Positions 47,410 to 56,861 of a stretch of 59,504 bases of DNA are shown here, one piece after another. Below the pieces are notes generated by a model. The model did not search any database. It worked only from the letters and a program-made list of their open reading frames with translations, and was not told the DNA's origin. The translations under genes and the position numbers were made by a program. Position 1 is the first letter of the stretch; each line of letters opens with the position of its first letter. This stretch comes from a virus (lineage: Duplodnaviria; Caudoviricetes): the IMG/VR virus record IMGVR_UViG_3300050021_000174, positions 1 through 59,504 of that record, one strand, 5' to 3'.

Positions 47410-49175
47410 TATTGCGCTCCCTGTTCTTCTTGTCCGCCGCCCTGCATTGCTCCCGCCATCTCGGTCAGGGCGTTAGGCTTTGACTTGTCCATAGGTGTTT
47501 TTCCCAAGGCCTTTGCCAACCCCGCCCCCTGCTGAAGCTGTTGCATCTGTTCCTGCTTCTCCTGCTCTTGCTTGCGCCTATCCCGTATAGCCTGTACCTG
47601 ATCTTCCGACCTTATCACACCAGCGGGGCATCCCGTCATGTCGGCGCGCTCCCTGATAGCCACATCAATGTCTATCAGGTCGGCGGCTTCGGGAAAGATT
47701 TTTTCAGCTCCGCCTACGAAATTAACATTCTCGTCAATTACAGATTTGCCTACTTCCTTTTGAGCTACCGCAAGGATCGAGTTATATTCAATCTTGAATG
47801 ACGTTCCCTGTATTTCCTTGGGGGGAGGTTCAAGACCGTACCATTCAGGGAATTCAAGGACTTCCTCGATGACTCCTTCGATAACCTGATCCAATATCTC
47901 ATCTGTCATGTGTTCTATGAATGGGCCAAGTTGAAGCAACCCTTGAGATACCATTTGATCTATCTGCGCCTTGGTTACTCGGTCGGCTTGATTCTCAATG
48001 TTCATCATCATGAGAAAGATGTTGTTGTAGAAACCTACTTTGATTCTTTCCCTGAGTTGGGCCTGCTTTGCCTCTCCCGCCTGAATGTTGAACTTTATGT
48101 TGTAGAGCGGTTCGAGGTGCTTCTGTCCGGTAGTTTGGTTCAGATAGGATATTCCTCCTGCACCCGTCCTGATGGGCTGTCCTTGGAGAGAAGTATCCGC
48201 CGTAACGGGCGGGTCAACTTCTTTATGCACGGCGATAATCATGGACTCTTCCATGTCCTGTAGACGTCTGGCATCTTCAAGTTTTTTAATCGCAGGGCTG
48301 GCCGTACCGTACATATTGGAGCCTACTATCTTCCAACGGGGAACATAATAGGGGAATGTTTTATACCCTGACTCGTGTAGGATTTTTGCTTCACCTTGAG
48401 CGCCGCTTGTCTGCTGAGATGATCTTAATTCTGAACCGCCCTGGTTTTCCCACCACACGGATTCAAACGGCATATTGCGGTTGTCGGATCGACCCACCTT
48501 CCTATCTTTTCGAGGCTGCACACAATGGATGATCTCGTACGAAACATACGGGTTCTTTTCTGCATCAGTCCTAACCTGTTTGCTTGCGGAGTTTTCCCCG
48601 AACTGCTGAACTATTTGTCGTGCCGTCATCCAAACGGATCTGTATAGTGTATCGACCACTCCTAAACTGGAACATGAAATCCAATACTCCCCGTAGGTCA
48701 GAGTCTTAAATCTCAAGCCGTGTTCGGGGTCGCGCTGTTTCATGAAGCAGCCGGTAGCGAAAAGAAGAATCTCTCCGTAAACCTGATGGATGGCACTATA
48801 GAAGTTGCTTACCCGTAGAACGGTATAGATGATACCACTGAGCTTATCCAGCCATTCGCGGGAAGGACCGTACTTGTTGAGGCTCTTGTCTCTGAACGCC
48901 AATCGGAACCAGGGACGAGAGGATGGAGTAAGGCCACTATTCATTCCATTTTGAGCAACTTCTAAAGCGTCCTGTGGGGTAGAATCAAGAATCCTTTCGG
49001 CGCGTTTACCGTGGAGTTGGTCGGGCCTCATATCGTCACCAGGATACCGGCCACATTCGGGCGCAAAATGACGAGTGATCTCTTGGCAAAGAACCTCGTC
49101 AACCTGCCGCTGATCTTTCAGGCGAAGGAACTTTTGCTGGTACTCAGATATTTTTTGACGCTCATCTTGGGACAT
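47409..49175 (-). CDS. Portal (head-to-tail connector), T7/BPP-1 type
   Basis: DST...GMNSGLTPSSRPWFRL, VDTLYR, ESGY..FPYYVPRW...YG. Confidence 0.92.
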   Translation of the reverse strand: MSQDERQKISEYQQKFLRLKDQRQVDEVLCQEITRHFAPECGRYPGDDMRPDQLHGKRAERILDSTPQDALEVAQNGMNSGLTPSSRPWFRLAFRDKSLNKYGPSREWLDKLSGIIYTVLRVSNFYSAIHQVYGEILLFATGCFMKQRDPEHGLRFKTLTYGEYWISCSSLGVVDTLYRSVWMTARQIVQQFGENSASKQVRTDAEKNPYVSYEIIHCVQPRKDRKVGRSDNRNMPFESVWWENQGGSELRSSQQTSGAQGEAKILHESGYKTFPYYVPRWKIVGSNMYGTASPAIKKLEDARRLQDMEESMIIAVHKEVDPPVTADTSLQGQPIRTGAGGISYLNQTTGQKHLEPLYNIKFNIQAGEAKQAQLRERIKVGFYNNIFLMMMNIENQADRVTKAQIDQMVSQGLLQLGPFIEHMTDEILDQVIEGVIEEVLEFPEWYGLEPPPKEIQGTSFKIEYNSILAVAQKEVGKSVIDENVNFVGGAEKIFPEAADLIDIDVAIRERADMTGCPAGVIRSEDQVQAIRDRRKQEQEKQEQMQQLQQGAGLAKALGKTPMDKSKPNALTEMAGAMQGGGQEEQGAQ

Positions 49176-50735
49176 TTACTGTCTCCAACTCACTTCCCTG
49201 AAAGTCTGCCGTTCGGTTTGCTCCTGAATCCCACGGCCCAATCCGATATAGCTTGGGGATGAATTGTCCGTGTGGGTCTGGACGCTGCCAACCGTAAGCC
49301 TGTCTCTGCTCTTCTTTTCTGTTACTTCCCTAAAAAAAGAGATAGCCAAGGCATCGGCTCTGCCTACATCAACGTCAAGTTCTTCCTTGCTTTGAATTTG
49401 TATCTTGCCGTCACCTTTACCCGGTACTGTTTCGGGGGCCATGATTGCAGCGCGGAGTTTAAGGTCTTGTTCTATGGCTCCGCCTATCTTCAGCCAATCG
49501 CGCATACACCTCCAGAGATACGCCCTCATGTTGCGGCATCCCTGATCGGGTGATCCCGAACCAAAGTCAACCAACTCCCATTGTTTCTTCCAAGTCTGGC
49601 CGCAACTCCAAATGCCGGTTCCCCACCCTTTATCAATGAATACGGCATCAGCTCCCTGGTTATTTTCCTCGTTTGCGAGAATCTGGGCGACTTCTACATC
49701 GTTATCGTTTTTTGGCATAGTGCGTAAGATTTTGAAGAAAAGCCCCTGCCTAAGTCCGAAGACGAGTTCGTTCTTACCGGTCCATGCTGGATCGAGAGTT
49801 AAAATTTTAGGAGCGAAGTTGTACTGTTCGGGTCTGAGTATCTTGCCATAAGCCGCATCCACATCTCTCGTGGAAATGAACTGCCTATCCGATGCTGAAG
49901 GGAAGAGGCCCCGCACACGGACTTTAAAGAAATCAGAGTCTTCTCCGTAGTCGTCTTGCCACTCTTGTATCTGGACCTTGTTGCTAAACTTGCACGTGCG
50001 CGTGTCGATCTGTTTGTGGTTCCACCTGTGGGCGAACTTGCCTCCATCGAAGCATTCTCTGAACCTGCCGGTATTTCTTGTGGGATTGCCAAACACGCAC
50101 CAGATTATTTCTGTCCCAACATCGGTCAAAGCACCTTCGGTAACATTCCAAATTTCGTCAGCGATAGCACTGCTCTCATCGAAGATGACGATAAGTCGCT
50201 GCTTTTTATTGTGCAGTCCTTGGAAGGCTTCTGTATTCTCCAAACTCCAGGGAGCCATGTCTATCCGGAAGGTTTTCTCAAATTCCTTACCCTTCCAATA
50301 AATAGCCGTAGCAGCAAGCTCGAACAGGTCTTTGGTGATACATAGCCTATGCCATTTGGATAGTTCGGCCCAGGTCTTGGTTTTTAACTGGCCTTCAGTA
50401 TTGGCTGTTACGACTCCCTTACTGTTCGGGAAGGTAGAAAGGCACCAGAGTAATATCCATGCCACCAAACTAGACTTGCCCGGACCGTGACCGGATGCTA
50501 TAGCTTCTCGGATTACCCCACCGTCAGGACGGGCGTTGTCCGTAACCCTATTGCCAAGATTGACGAGAAAATCCCTTTGCCAATCGTCGGGACCGGTTTC
50601 ACCCTCAAGCTCTCCGCTCCCCCAAGGGAAGGCATACATCACCCACCCGTAAGGGTCGTAAGCATACGAAGCGCTCTGGTCTACGAGTTGGCCGTAATGC
50701 TCTGCGGCTTTTGCCGCTGCTGTCTGCTTTGCCAC
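49176..50735 (-). CDS. terL: Terminase large subunit
   Basis: ASGHGPGKS Walker A, TANTEGQL, EAFQGLH, IFDESS, GNPTRNTG, VRVRGLFP, nuclease LDPA. Confidence 0.95.
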   Translation of the reverse strand: MAKQTAAAKAAEHYGQLVDQSASYAYDPYGWVMYAFPWGSGELEGETGPDDWQRDFLVNLGNRVTDNARPDGGVIREAIASGHGPGKSSLVAWILLWCLSTFPNSKGVVTANTEGQLKTKTWAELSKWHRLCITKDLFELAATAIYWKGKEFEKTFRIDMAPWSLENTEAFQGLHNKKQRLIVIFDESSAIADEIWNVTEGALTDVGTEIIWCVFGNPTRNTGRFRECFDGGKFAHRWNHKQIDTRTCKFSNKVQIQEWQDDYGEDSDFFKVRVRGLFPSASDRQFISTRDVDAAYGKILRPEQYNFAPKILTLDPAWTGKNELVFGLRQGLFFKILRTMPKNDNDVEVAQILANEENNQGADAVFIDKGWGTGIWSCGQTWKKQWELVDFGSGSPDQGCRNMRAYLWRCMRDWLKIGGAIEQDLKLRAAIMAPETVPGKGDGKIQIQSKEELDVDVGRADALAISFFREVTEKKSRDRLTVGSVQTHTDNSSPSYIGLGRGIQEQTERQTFREVSWRQ

Positions 50736-50741
50736 GTTAGG

Positions 50742-50912
50742 CTACCTGGGCCGCTTCTGGTTCTTAACGCTCTTGATGTGCTTGTTGGCGTCGTGCTGTG
50801 CCGCGTTTACATGCGGGCCTTCTCTGTTGTCACTACCGGACTTGGGGCCTTTTCTTCCACCACCGCGCCCACCACAATCCTGCGCTGCTTTTGATGCCAT
50901 GTCGTTACTCAT
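50742..50912 (-). CDS. Small basic protein; not in ORF track
   Basis: AAAGGA RBS; MSNDMASKAAQDCGGRGGGRKGPK... Confidence 0.4.
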   Translation of the reverse strand: MSNDMASKAAQDCGGRGGGRKGPKSGSDNREGPHVNAAQHDANKHIKSVKNQKRPR

Positions 50913-50951
50913 TTATTTTTCCTTTCGTTGGGTCGTTGATGAGAATTAAAA

Positions 50952-51221
50952 TTACTTCAAACTCACAAGGTTGTGATCGTCGGGTTTAGCTTCGGTTGAT
51001 CGAATCGGATCGTCAGCCGTCCCGGTCCCGACCTTGTTGTGGTCCTTCGAGACGAGGCCGAAAATCGCAAACAGTATGGCCATTTCCCACTGATGAGCGG
51101 TCGGAAGTTGACCAGTACCGCCGTTGATTATAGGGTCAATGACCACAGACATTCCGAGAACTAATCCCAAGAGGGTTGTCTGCCAAGATCCAAGTATGGT
51201 TGTCTGAATGAATTTCAGCAT
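50952..51221 (-). CDS. Holin-like membrane protein
   Basis: SWQTTLLG, two hydrophobic segments, GLVSKD. Confidence 0.6.
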   Translation of the reverse strand: MLKFIQTTILGSWQTTLLGLVLGMSVVIDPIINGGTGQLPTAHQWEMAILFAIFGLVSKDHNKVGTGTADDPIRSTEAKPDDHNLVSLK

Positions 51222-51225
51222 ATGA

Positions 51226-51417
51226 TTATCTCCTCATAGGGGGACCGCCGAACGATCCAATCATCGGCCACATCGCGCTTAGAATCCAGATGCAAATGAA
51301 TACGATTGCAACAACCTGGATGATACGCTTTATCGTCGGGTCAATCGGAAGCAGGCTAACGATGTAGAGCACCGCTCCAATGAGGATTAGAGCTATCAAA
51401 ATCTGTAGTATCGGCAT
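51226..51417 (-). CDS. Small two-TM membrane protein
   Basis: LIALILIGAVLYIVSLLPIDPTIKRII. Confidence 0.65.
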   Translation of the reverse strand: MPILQILIALILIGAVLYIVSLLPIDPTIKRIIQVVAIVFICIWILSAMWPMIGSFGGPPMRR

Positions 51418-51526
51418 TATGATTTCCTTTCCTTCTCCCAATCCTTGAAGCGTTCACATCCGTCCCTGCATGAAGTGTTGTGGTCCACGACAAAGTAGCT
51501 CGAGCATGTGGCGCATGGGTTTACGA

Positions 51527-51733
51527 TCATTGCGATAACCCTTTTCCGCAAAACGGACAATATGAAACCGGATCACCGGAGTACGTGTGTCCGTGAAGCC
51601 ATGCGTCAAAAACAATGTCCTTTAAAGACGGATAGCTTCTCACCCATCCTGGGCAGTCACATTGGTTCGGTATCAGGTCGCTCATGCATGCTACTCCCAT
51701 ATTACCACGCCAGTATTTGGGATAACGTGCCAA
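51527..51733 (-). CDS. Small Zn-finger protein
   Basis: CDCPGW...YCPFCG. Confidence 0.5.
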   Translation of the reverse strand: MARYPKYWRGNMGVACMSDLIPNQCDCPGWVRSYPSLKDIVFDAWLHGHTYSGDPVSYCPFCGKGLSQ

Positions 51734-52026
51734 GCGCGATCATCAAAGCACCCTGCCATGCGGAAGTCCTTTCGGTCAGTGATGTCGAGCTTGGGCATCC
51801 CATTGTCTTCAAGCCAATGTTCGATTACTTCCTTCTGGCCAGGAAATGAAGCGCGAGCAGTAAAGATTTTTACCTCGTATTTCCCCTCATTTACCATAAT
51901 AAGAAGATGCTCTTTCATAGCAGGGACAGGGGGACCAATCTCAAGAAGGTTGAAAACGCCATGGTATTCAGCGAGAGTTGAATCGACGTCGAATCCCCAC
52001 CATTCTTCCGTAAAAATGTCGCTCAT
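51691..52026 (-). CDS. HAD-superfamily (polynucleotide 3'-phosphatase-like) protein
   Basis: FDVDSTLA, IGPP, VKIFTAR, K...DDRA. Confidence 0.75.
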   Translation of the reverse strand: MSDIFTEEWWGFDVDSTLAEYHGVFNLLEIGPPVPAMKEHLLIMVNEGKYEVKIFTARASFPGQKEVIEHWLEDNGMPKLDITDRKDFRMAGCFDDRAWHVIPNTGVVIWE

Positions 52027-52081
52027 TTCATAAAACCTCCGCAAGGAAACCCCTGATTTCAATCAGGGGAGGAATTGCGGC

Positions 52082-52110
52082 TTGACACGCCGCTGTTTTA
52101 AATCTATAAT
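52082..52110 (+). promoter_or_regulatory. Consensus sigma70 promoter for tnpB
   Basis: TTGACA-N17-TATAAT. Confidence 0.8.
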
Positions 52111-52135
52111 CCTTCAAACAAAAGAAGGATATGCC

Positions 52136-53269
52136 TTGAAACTGATTGCCCAAGTGAAACTTCAGACTACGCCAGAGCAACACAAAGCCCTGATGGATAC
52201 GATTCTGCGTTCGAACGAATGTGCCAATGCGTTGTCTTCTTGGGCTTGGGAATCGCAAACCTTTCGACAATACGATCTTCACAAGGCAAAATATTTTGAA
52301 CTGAAAGAACAGTTTGGCCTTGGTGCTCAAGTGACAATCCGGTGCATTTCCAAGGTTTCCGATTCGTACAAGAAAGACAAGAAAACGAAACGAGTTTTCA
52401 AAGACACCGGCTCCATCGCTTTCGACAGCCGAATCCTTTCTTGGAAGATGAAAGATCAGTCTGTCAATATCTGGACTCTTGTGGGCAGGCTTCGAGTTCC
52501 TTTTCTCGCAGGGAAAAAACAACTTGAACTTCTCGAACACAGGAGAGGTGAAGCCGACCTTGTGCTTTCCAAAGGAATTTTCTATCTGCTTCAGGTCTGC
52601 GAAATTCCGGAACTGCCTGAGTTTGAACCAAAAGGTTTCTTGGGGGTCGACCTCGGAATCGTTAGTCTTGCCACCACTTCGGATGGAGATACTTTCTCCG
52701 GTGAAGCGACGGACAAAGTCCGAGAGAAAGCAACCGAACTTAAAAGAGCACTTCAAAGCCGTGGCGGAAAGTCTTCGAAACGCCACCTTAAAAAGTTTTC
52801 CGGTAAAGAGGCAAGATTCAAGAAGAACACGAACCACGTAATCAGCAAGAAAATCGTTTTTTTGGCTAAAGACACCTGCCGGGCAATCGTAATTGAAGAC
52901 CTGAAAGGCTTCAACGGCAGGACAACGGTTTCCAAGGCGCAAAGAGAACGGTTCGGGAGGTGGAGCTTCGGGCAGCTCAGAGGATATATCGAATACAAAG
53001 CCAAACGGGAGGGTGTGCCTGTAATTGCGGTCAATCCCCGCAATACGAGTCGAACCTGTTCCGTGTGTGGTTTTGTATCTAAGAAAAATAGAAAGTCTCA
53101 AGCCCTATTCTCCTGTACGAAATGCGGGTTTACAACCCATGCGGACTTAAACGCCGCAATCAATCTTAGTTTTAAGGGCAACCCTGTCAATTTGCCCATC
53201 GCAGTCCACGCTGATTCTCAACTACTCCCGTTCTTGGAACTGCAAGCCTCTGACTTCAGTCAGGGGTAA
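52136..53269 (+). CDS. tnpB: RNA-guided endonuclease TnpB
   Basis: RuvC GVDLG / IEDL / HADLNAA, Zn ribbon CSVCG...CTKCG; TTG start after AAGGA. Confidence 0.95.
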   Translation: MKLIAQVKLQTTPEQHKALMDTILRSNECANALSSWAWESQTFRQYDLHKAKYFELKEQFGLGAQVTIRCISKVSDSYKKDKKTKRVFKDTGSIAFDSRILSWKMKDQSVNIWTLVGRLRVPFLAGKKQLELLEHRRGEADLVLSKGIFYLLQVCEIPELPEFEPKGFLGVDLGIVSLATTSDGDTFSGEATDKVREKATELKRALQSRGGKSSKRHLKKFSGKEARFKKNTNHVISKKIVFLAKDTCRAIVIEDLKGFNGRTTVSKAQRERFGRWSFGQLRGYIEYKAKREGVPVIAVNPRNTSRTCSVCGFVSKKNRKSQALFSCTKCGFTTHADLNAAINLSFKGNPVNLPIAVHADSQLLPFLELQASDFSQG

Positions 53270-53301
53270 TTGACGGTCATGCTACGCGCTTACTATTCAA
53301 C

Positions 53302-53871
53302 TTAGTTCCGAATCCCAAACAGGTAGAGAGTATTCTTCCAGAGGGCCTTAGTATTCCAACTAAAGCTCTTCTGAACCTTTCCGGTATCAATAACAACTCC
53401 CATTTTTGAGGAAGCAGTAGGGCCGTTAAAACCGACACACACCCCATTGCAAAAGTTGGAAAGGTAAAGGAGTGCATCGGACGATGAGGCATTCCCGACA
53501 TAACTCTGTAGTTCACTCCACACGAGGTTGAAAGCCGCAAGTCCGGCTGCAATTTCAGCGTTGGCAGCGGCGGAGTTATTCTTGCCTGAGATTAGAGCGT
53601 AGAGATTTGCCACCTCAGTGGTGATTGACTGAAGAGTCGCGGCTGCATCTGTTGGGGATCTAAGTGCACAAAGAGTCCCGATCCCGGCATCAATAAGAAC
53701 CGCATATTGCGCCACAACGGGCACAACTTCCGCTATCTTTGCCAACCCTCCAAAAGCAAGGCCGCCATTATAGAAGTCGGTAGCGAGCGTTGTTGGAGTA
53801 AGTGTTCCTGCGCACCCAATCATGGTGGCGAGAACTACCACTAAAAACGATTTTCTAATTTTGAACTTCAT
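53302..53871 (-). CDS. Putative lipoprotein of the lysis region
   Basis: MKFKIRKSFLVVVLATMIGC lipobox-like signal. Confidence 0.6.
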   Translation of the reverse strand: MKFKIRKSFLVVVLATMIGCAGTLTPTTLATDFYNGGLAFGGLAKIAEVVPVVAQYAVLIDAGIGTLCALRSPTDAAATLQSITTEVANLYALISGKNNSAAANAEIAAGLAAFNLVWSELQSYVGNASSSDALLYLSNFCNGVCVGFNGPTASSKMGVVIDTGKVQKSFSWNTKALWKNTLYLFGIRN

Positions 53872-54104
53872 ACTTGCTCCTCGACCTTCCCGGTCAAAAC
53901 GACGGGCTCCACTATCGGAGCGGTTGCGGTTTCGGGATAAACCCCTATGGGGGGCTTGTCCGCTTCGCCAGTCAGGGCTTTTTCAAGCCGGTCGATGTCT
54001 GCCAAGGTATTTTCGTAGTTAGCCTTGGCCGCTACCCGCGCTTTCGCAATGTGGGTTTTGGCCGCGCTCTCCATCTCGATTGCTTTATCTGTAAAGATGC
54101 CCAT
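53868..54104 (-). CDS. Hypothetical protein
   Basis: AGGAG RBS, overlaps the next gene. Confidence 0.5.
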   Translation of the reverse strand: MGIFTDKAIEMESAAKTHIAKARVAAKANYENTLADIDRLEKALTGEADKPPIGVYPETATAPIVEPVVLTGKVEEQV

Positions 54105-54114
54105 GTTAAAACTC

Positions 54115-54912
54115 CTATCGCTGATCCGCTATAGCTTGCATTGCATCGAGTAGATTGCCCGTGAACTCCGGACAGAACCTACTCGCACTCTGAATCATCT
54201 CCTGGGACGCTACAATCCACATCTCATCAACCTGGGTCAGTGCGTCTTTGGTGGCGTACAGAATCCCGCCCCATGTGAGAATGGGCAAGAGGTTGTCTCC
54301 CAACTTCGGTACGGTCAGCCCATAAGAAGGAATCCCAACGCCGTGACCGCCAAGGACATTCCCACTTCCGGTCCAGACCTGGCCGTTGCGGAAAGCCGTC
54401 TGCATATCATCCGTACAAGAAACGCCCGTATGGAGGTACTTGAAGAGAAAAGCGGCGAGCCTTACATGGTCCCAGTTAGAGGGATCAATGAACACCTTGA
54501 CTGTCGGTTTCTCCCCGAACGATCCATTTGCAATCCAGTTATCCAAGGAGTTGGAGATATTGAGACCGCTGTCTTTGCCCTTTGTTTCCGCGAGGTATTG
54601 CTTTACAACCGCAGGCGCCGTAGGAATAACCCGTTTCCCGACAAGACCCGCGTAAACGGTCCGGCCATGGGCTTTCATGCACTCAACACAGTTGCCGTAG
54701 CCGTCCTCAGTCGGTACAGCCGGGTCAGGGCCGTTGCCGTCGAGCGGGAAAAGTACCGCCGGGTCACTCTCACCTAAGCTTGCGTAGACGGCACCCAGAG
54801 TGTCGTACATATTGGGGATCGGAGGTAGAGTTACCGGCACGAGGTCTGCGAACTGCAAGGCCTCGTCGATGTGTTCCTGGATTGGAGGTAATTTTCCTAA
54901 GTTGTATTGCAT
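54115..54912 (-). CDS. Papain-like (C1-related) cysteine peptidase
   Basis: LGKLP start, GN...YGNCV (catalytic Cys), DSG, GGH, LTWG. Confidence 0.65.
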   Translation of the reverse strand: MQYNLGKLPPIQEHIDEALQFADLVPVTLPPIPNMYDTLGAVYASLGESDPAVLFPLDGNGPDPAVPTEDGYGNCVECMKAHGRTVYAGLVGKRVIPTAPAVVKQYLAETKGKDSGLNISNSLDNWIANGSFGEKPTVKVFIDPSNWDHVRLAAFLFKYLHTGVSCTDDMQTAFRNGQVWTGSGNVLGGHGVGIPSYGLTVPKLGDNLLPILTWGGILYATKDALTQVDEMWIVASQEMIQSASRFCPEFTGNLLDAMQAIADQR

Positions 54913-54913
54913 C

Positions 54914-55267
54914 TTATGTCCCTTTCGGGCGCTGTACCACCGTACACCTATCCAACTTGTCGCTGAGTCTTTCTACGGATTTCCTAATGTCTTCCAGGGC
55001 GCGAGCAGTCATTTCCCGCTGTATAGTAACGCTGTCCTTAACATCGTTGTGCTCGCCCCTCGGTGTGAAGTTCGTGTTCGCCGTCTCTTTGAACGACTCC
55101 AAAACGGAAATGCGCAGGCACATTGCCCTTGCCTGTTCCTCGATAGCGCCGGTCCATTTCGAGATTACGACGAGCTGAATTACAACCGCCAATAGTACCG
55201 CTATGACAGTTGTTACCGCGCCGATAATACCGTATTTTTCGACGAACATGCGGCGTTCCGGACTCAT
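54914..55267 (-). CDS. Single-TM coiled-coil protein (holin/spanin-like)
   Basis: N-terminal TM then coiled coil, downstream of the lysozyme. Confidence 0.5.
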   Translation of the reverse strand: MSPERRMFVEKYGIIGAVTTVIAVLLAVVIQLVVISKWTGAIEEQARAMCLRISVLESFKETANTNFTPRGEHNDVKDSVTIQREMTARALEDIRKSVERLSDKLDRCTVVQRPKGT

Positions 55268-55425
55268 CTAAAACCAACCTCCGCGCATAAACGACGGTGG
55301 CCCGGTTAGAATGTCGACAACATCGGCCGGAGAGTGCGCCTCCTGGTATGACTCAGAGCCATCGCATGATTTGCAAGGCTCTTCGAGCATATCGGCTTGG
55401 TAATATTCGCAGGTTTGGCACTTGC

Positions 55426-55872
55426 TCATCGGGCAATCATCCTTACAGCCAGGCGCGAACATCGTTCCGGCGCTTGATGGGCGAATTTGCTCGACATGAT
55501 AGACATAGCCGCTCCTGCCCAATCCTTTGCGGCGATTGCAGACTGGAGGTGATGCCAATCCTTCAGTTCGTGCATGAGATCAAAAGCCATATTTACGAGG
55601 GTGCGCTGTACGTTATCGGGGAGGGAATCGTAAGACGGGAAGATTTCACGGCAGCAGATCACCGCCGCGTTAACATCGTTGTTGTACCAGCCGACGATCA
55701 CCTGATCGGGAATGCCAACTTTGAGCCAGGCTGCTATGTCCTGCCAGGAACATTTAGCCGCTTCTAAATTATGCCCTATTCCCCCAGTCCAGATGCCCTT
55801 CGTGTCCTTGTAGGGATGGGTGCGTCGGCCTTCGTCTTCAACCAACTCGGCCTGGAGCCTGACTCTATCCAT
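55426..55872 (-). CDS. Endolysin, T4-type lysozyme (GH24)
   Basis: E-x8-D-x5-T (EGRRTHPYKDTKGIWT), GIGHNL, LVNMAF, SKFAHQAPERCSRL. Confidence 0.9.
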   Translation of the reverse strand: MDRVRLQAELVEDEGRRTHPYKDTKGIWTGGIGHNLEAAKCSWQDIAAWLKVGIPDQVIVGWYNNDVNAAVICCREIFPSYDSLPDNVQRTLVNMAFDLMHELKDWHHLQSAIAAKDWAGAAMSIMSSKFAHQAPERCSRLAVRMIAR

Positions 55873-56071
55873 CGCACAACTCCATAAACGAGAAAAGGCG
55901 CCCATTTCTGAGCGCCTCGCGGCGGCGCATGTATGCGGTGATTATTTCGGCAGGAGCGTCGCCCAGGTGGTAGGAGATGAAAGCCGCTTCTCCTGCAACT
56001 ATGTTGGAGTGCGGCGGGGGAGCGTAGGTCCGAATGTTGTAGCCAAAAACTATGTCAGTTCCAGCCATCAA
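55865..56071 (-). CDS. Hypothetical protein
   Basis: Overlaps the lysozyme start. Confidence 0.35.
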   Translation of the reverse strand: MMAGTDIVFGYNIRTYAPPPHSNIVAGEAAFISYHLGDAPAEIITAYMRRREALRNGRLFSFMELCDG

Positions 56072-56087
56072 GAAAGCTCCGCAAAGT

Positions 56088-56603
56088 CTAAGTCTGGGGT
56101 ACGCTCGGCTTTTTTCGTAGAACGGACAAGCGTTTTATATCTTCGCCTGCCCACAAGTCTTGTTTTGAAATTGACATATCAAATTGCATGTCGGCACAAG
56201 TACCGCCGTCCAGGAGATAGCCAACGGCTCGCAGGAAGGCTTCGGGGCTATCCCCAAGACGACCTACGGCCCAATTACATGCCGTGCATAAAAGCCCTCG
56301 GAAAAGTCCGGTTTCGTGACAATGATCAACATTTAGGTGTTGATTCGGAGAGGGCGTTTTATGGCAGATAGCGCATTTGCCCCCCTGTCTTTTGTAGGCT
56401 TCTTTATATTTTGAGTCTGGTAAGGGACGGAGTATTTGCTGTTTAGCTTTTTCAATTTCGCATTGTTTGCACGTACCAATTAGAACTGATTTTGTTCCGT
56501 CGTCGCTAACTTTACACGAGAAGTCTTCAACCGAAAGGTTCGTCTTACATCTTCGGCAATAATGGAACCCTATTGGAGATAGTTGCGGGTTTACGGCTAC
56601 CAT
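56088..56603 (-). CDS. Endonuclease VII-like HNH homing endonuclease
   Basis: QGGKCAIC...VDHCHETGLFRGLLCTACNWAVG. Confidence 0.9.
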   Translation of the reverse strand: MVAVNPQLSPIGFHYCRRCKTNLSVEDFSCKVSDDGTKSVLIGTCKQCEIEKAKQQILRPLPDSKYKEAYKRQGGKCAICHKTPSPNQHLNVDHCHETGLFRGLLCTACNWAVGRLGDSPEAFLRAVGYLLDGGTCADMQFDMSISKQDLWAGEDIKRLSVLRKKPSVPQT

Positions 56604-56861
56604 TAACGCTCCTTTGGGTCGGATTCCCTAACAAATCAACTGCCCCCGCCTTGTGAGCGGAGGCATATTGCGAGAAAGGGGGAGGATGAGTGTTGGTTAA
56701 GGGTACAGGGAAGTAAATGGGTCTGTCAATAGTGAATTACGATATGCCAGTATTTTAACGAAATATCGGCAAAATAAATATGCAATAACAAACGATAGAG
56801 CCTTGACTTGTTATTATTCTAGCTGTATATTAGGGGCAACTTTTAGGGGGATGGATAAAGG

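Larger units (their letters stand above)
52032..53274 (+). mobile_element. tnpB-only (IS1341-like) element with the same ends as 23509-24906
   Basis: TTCAT target, 62-bp LE with only two loop differences from 23509, RE hairpin CCTCTGACTTCAGTCAGGGG ending TTGAC. Confidence 0.92.

Noticed and set aside
52028-53101. 357-aa minus-strand ORF
   Set aside because: Antisense shadow of tnpB
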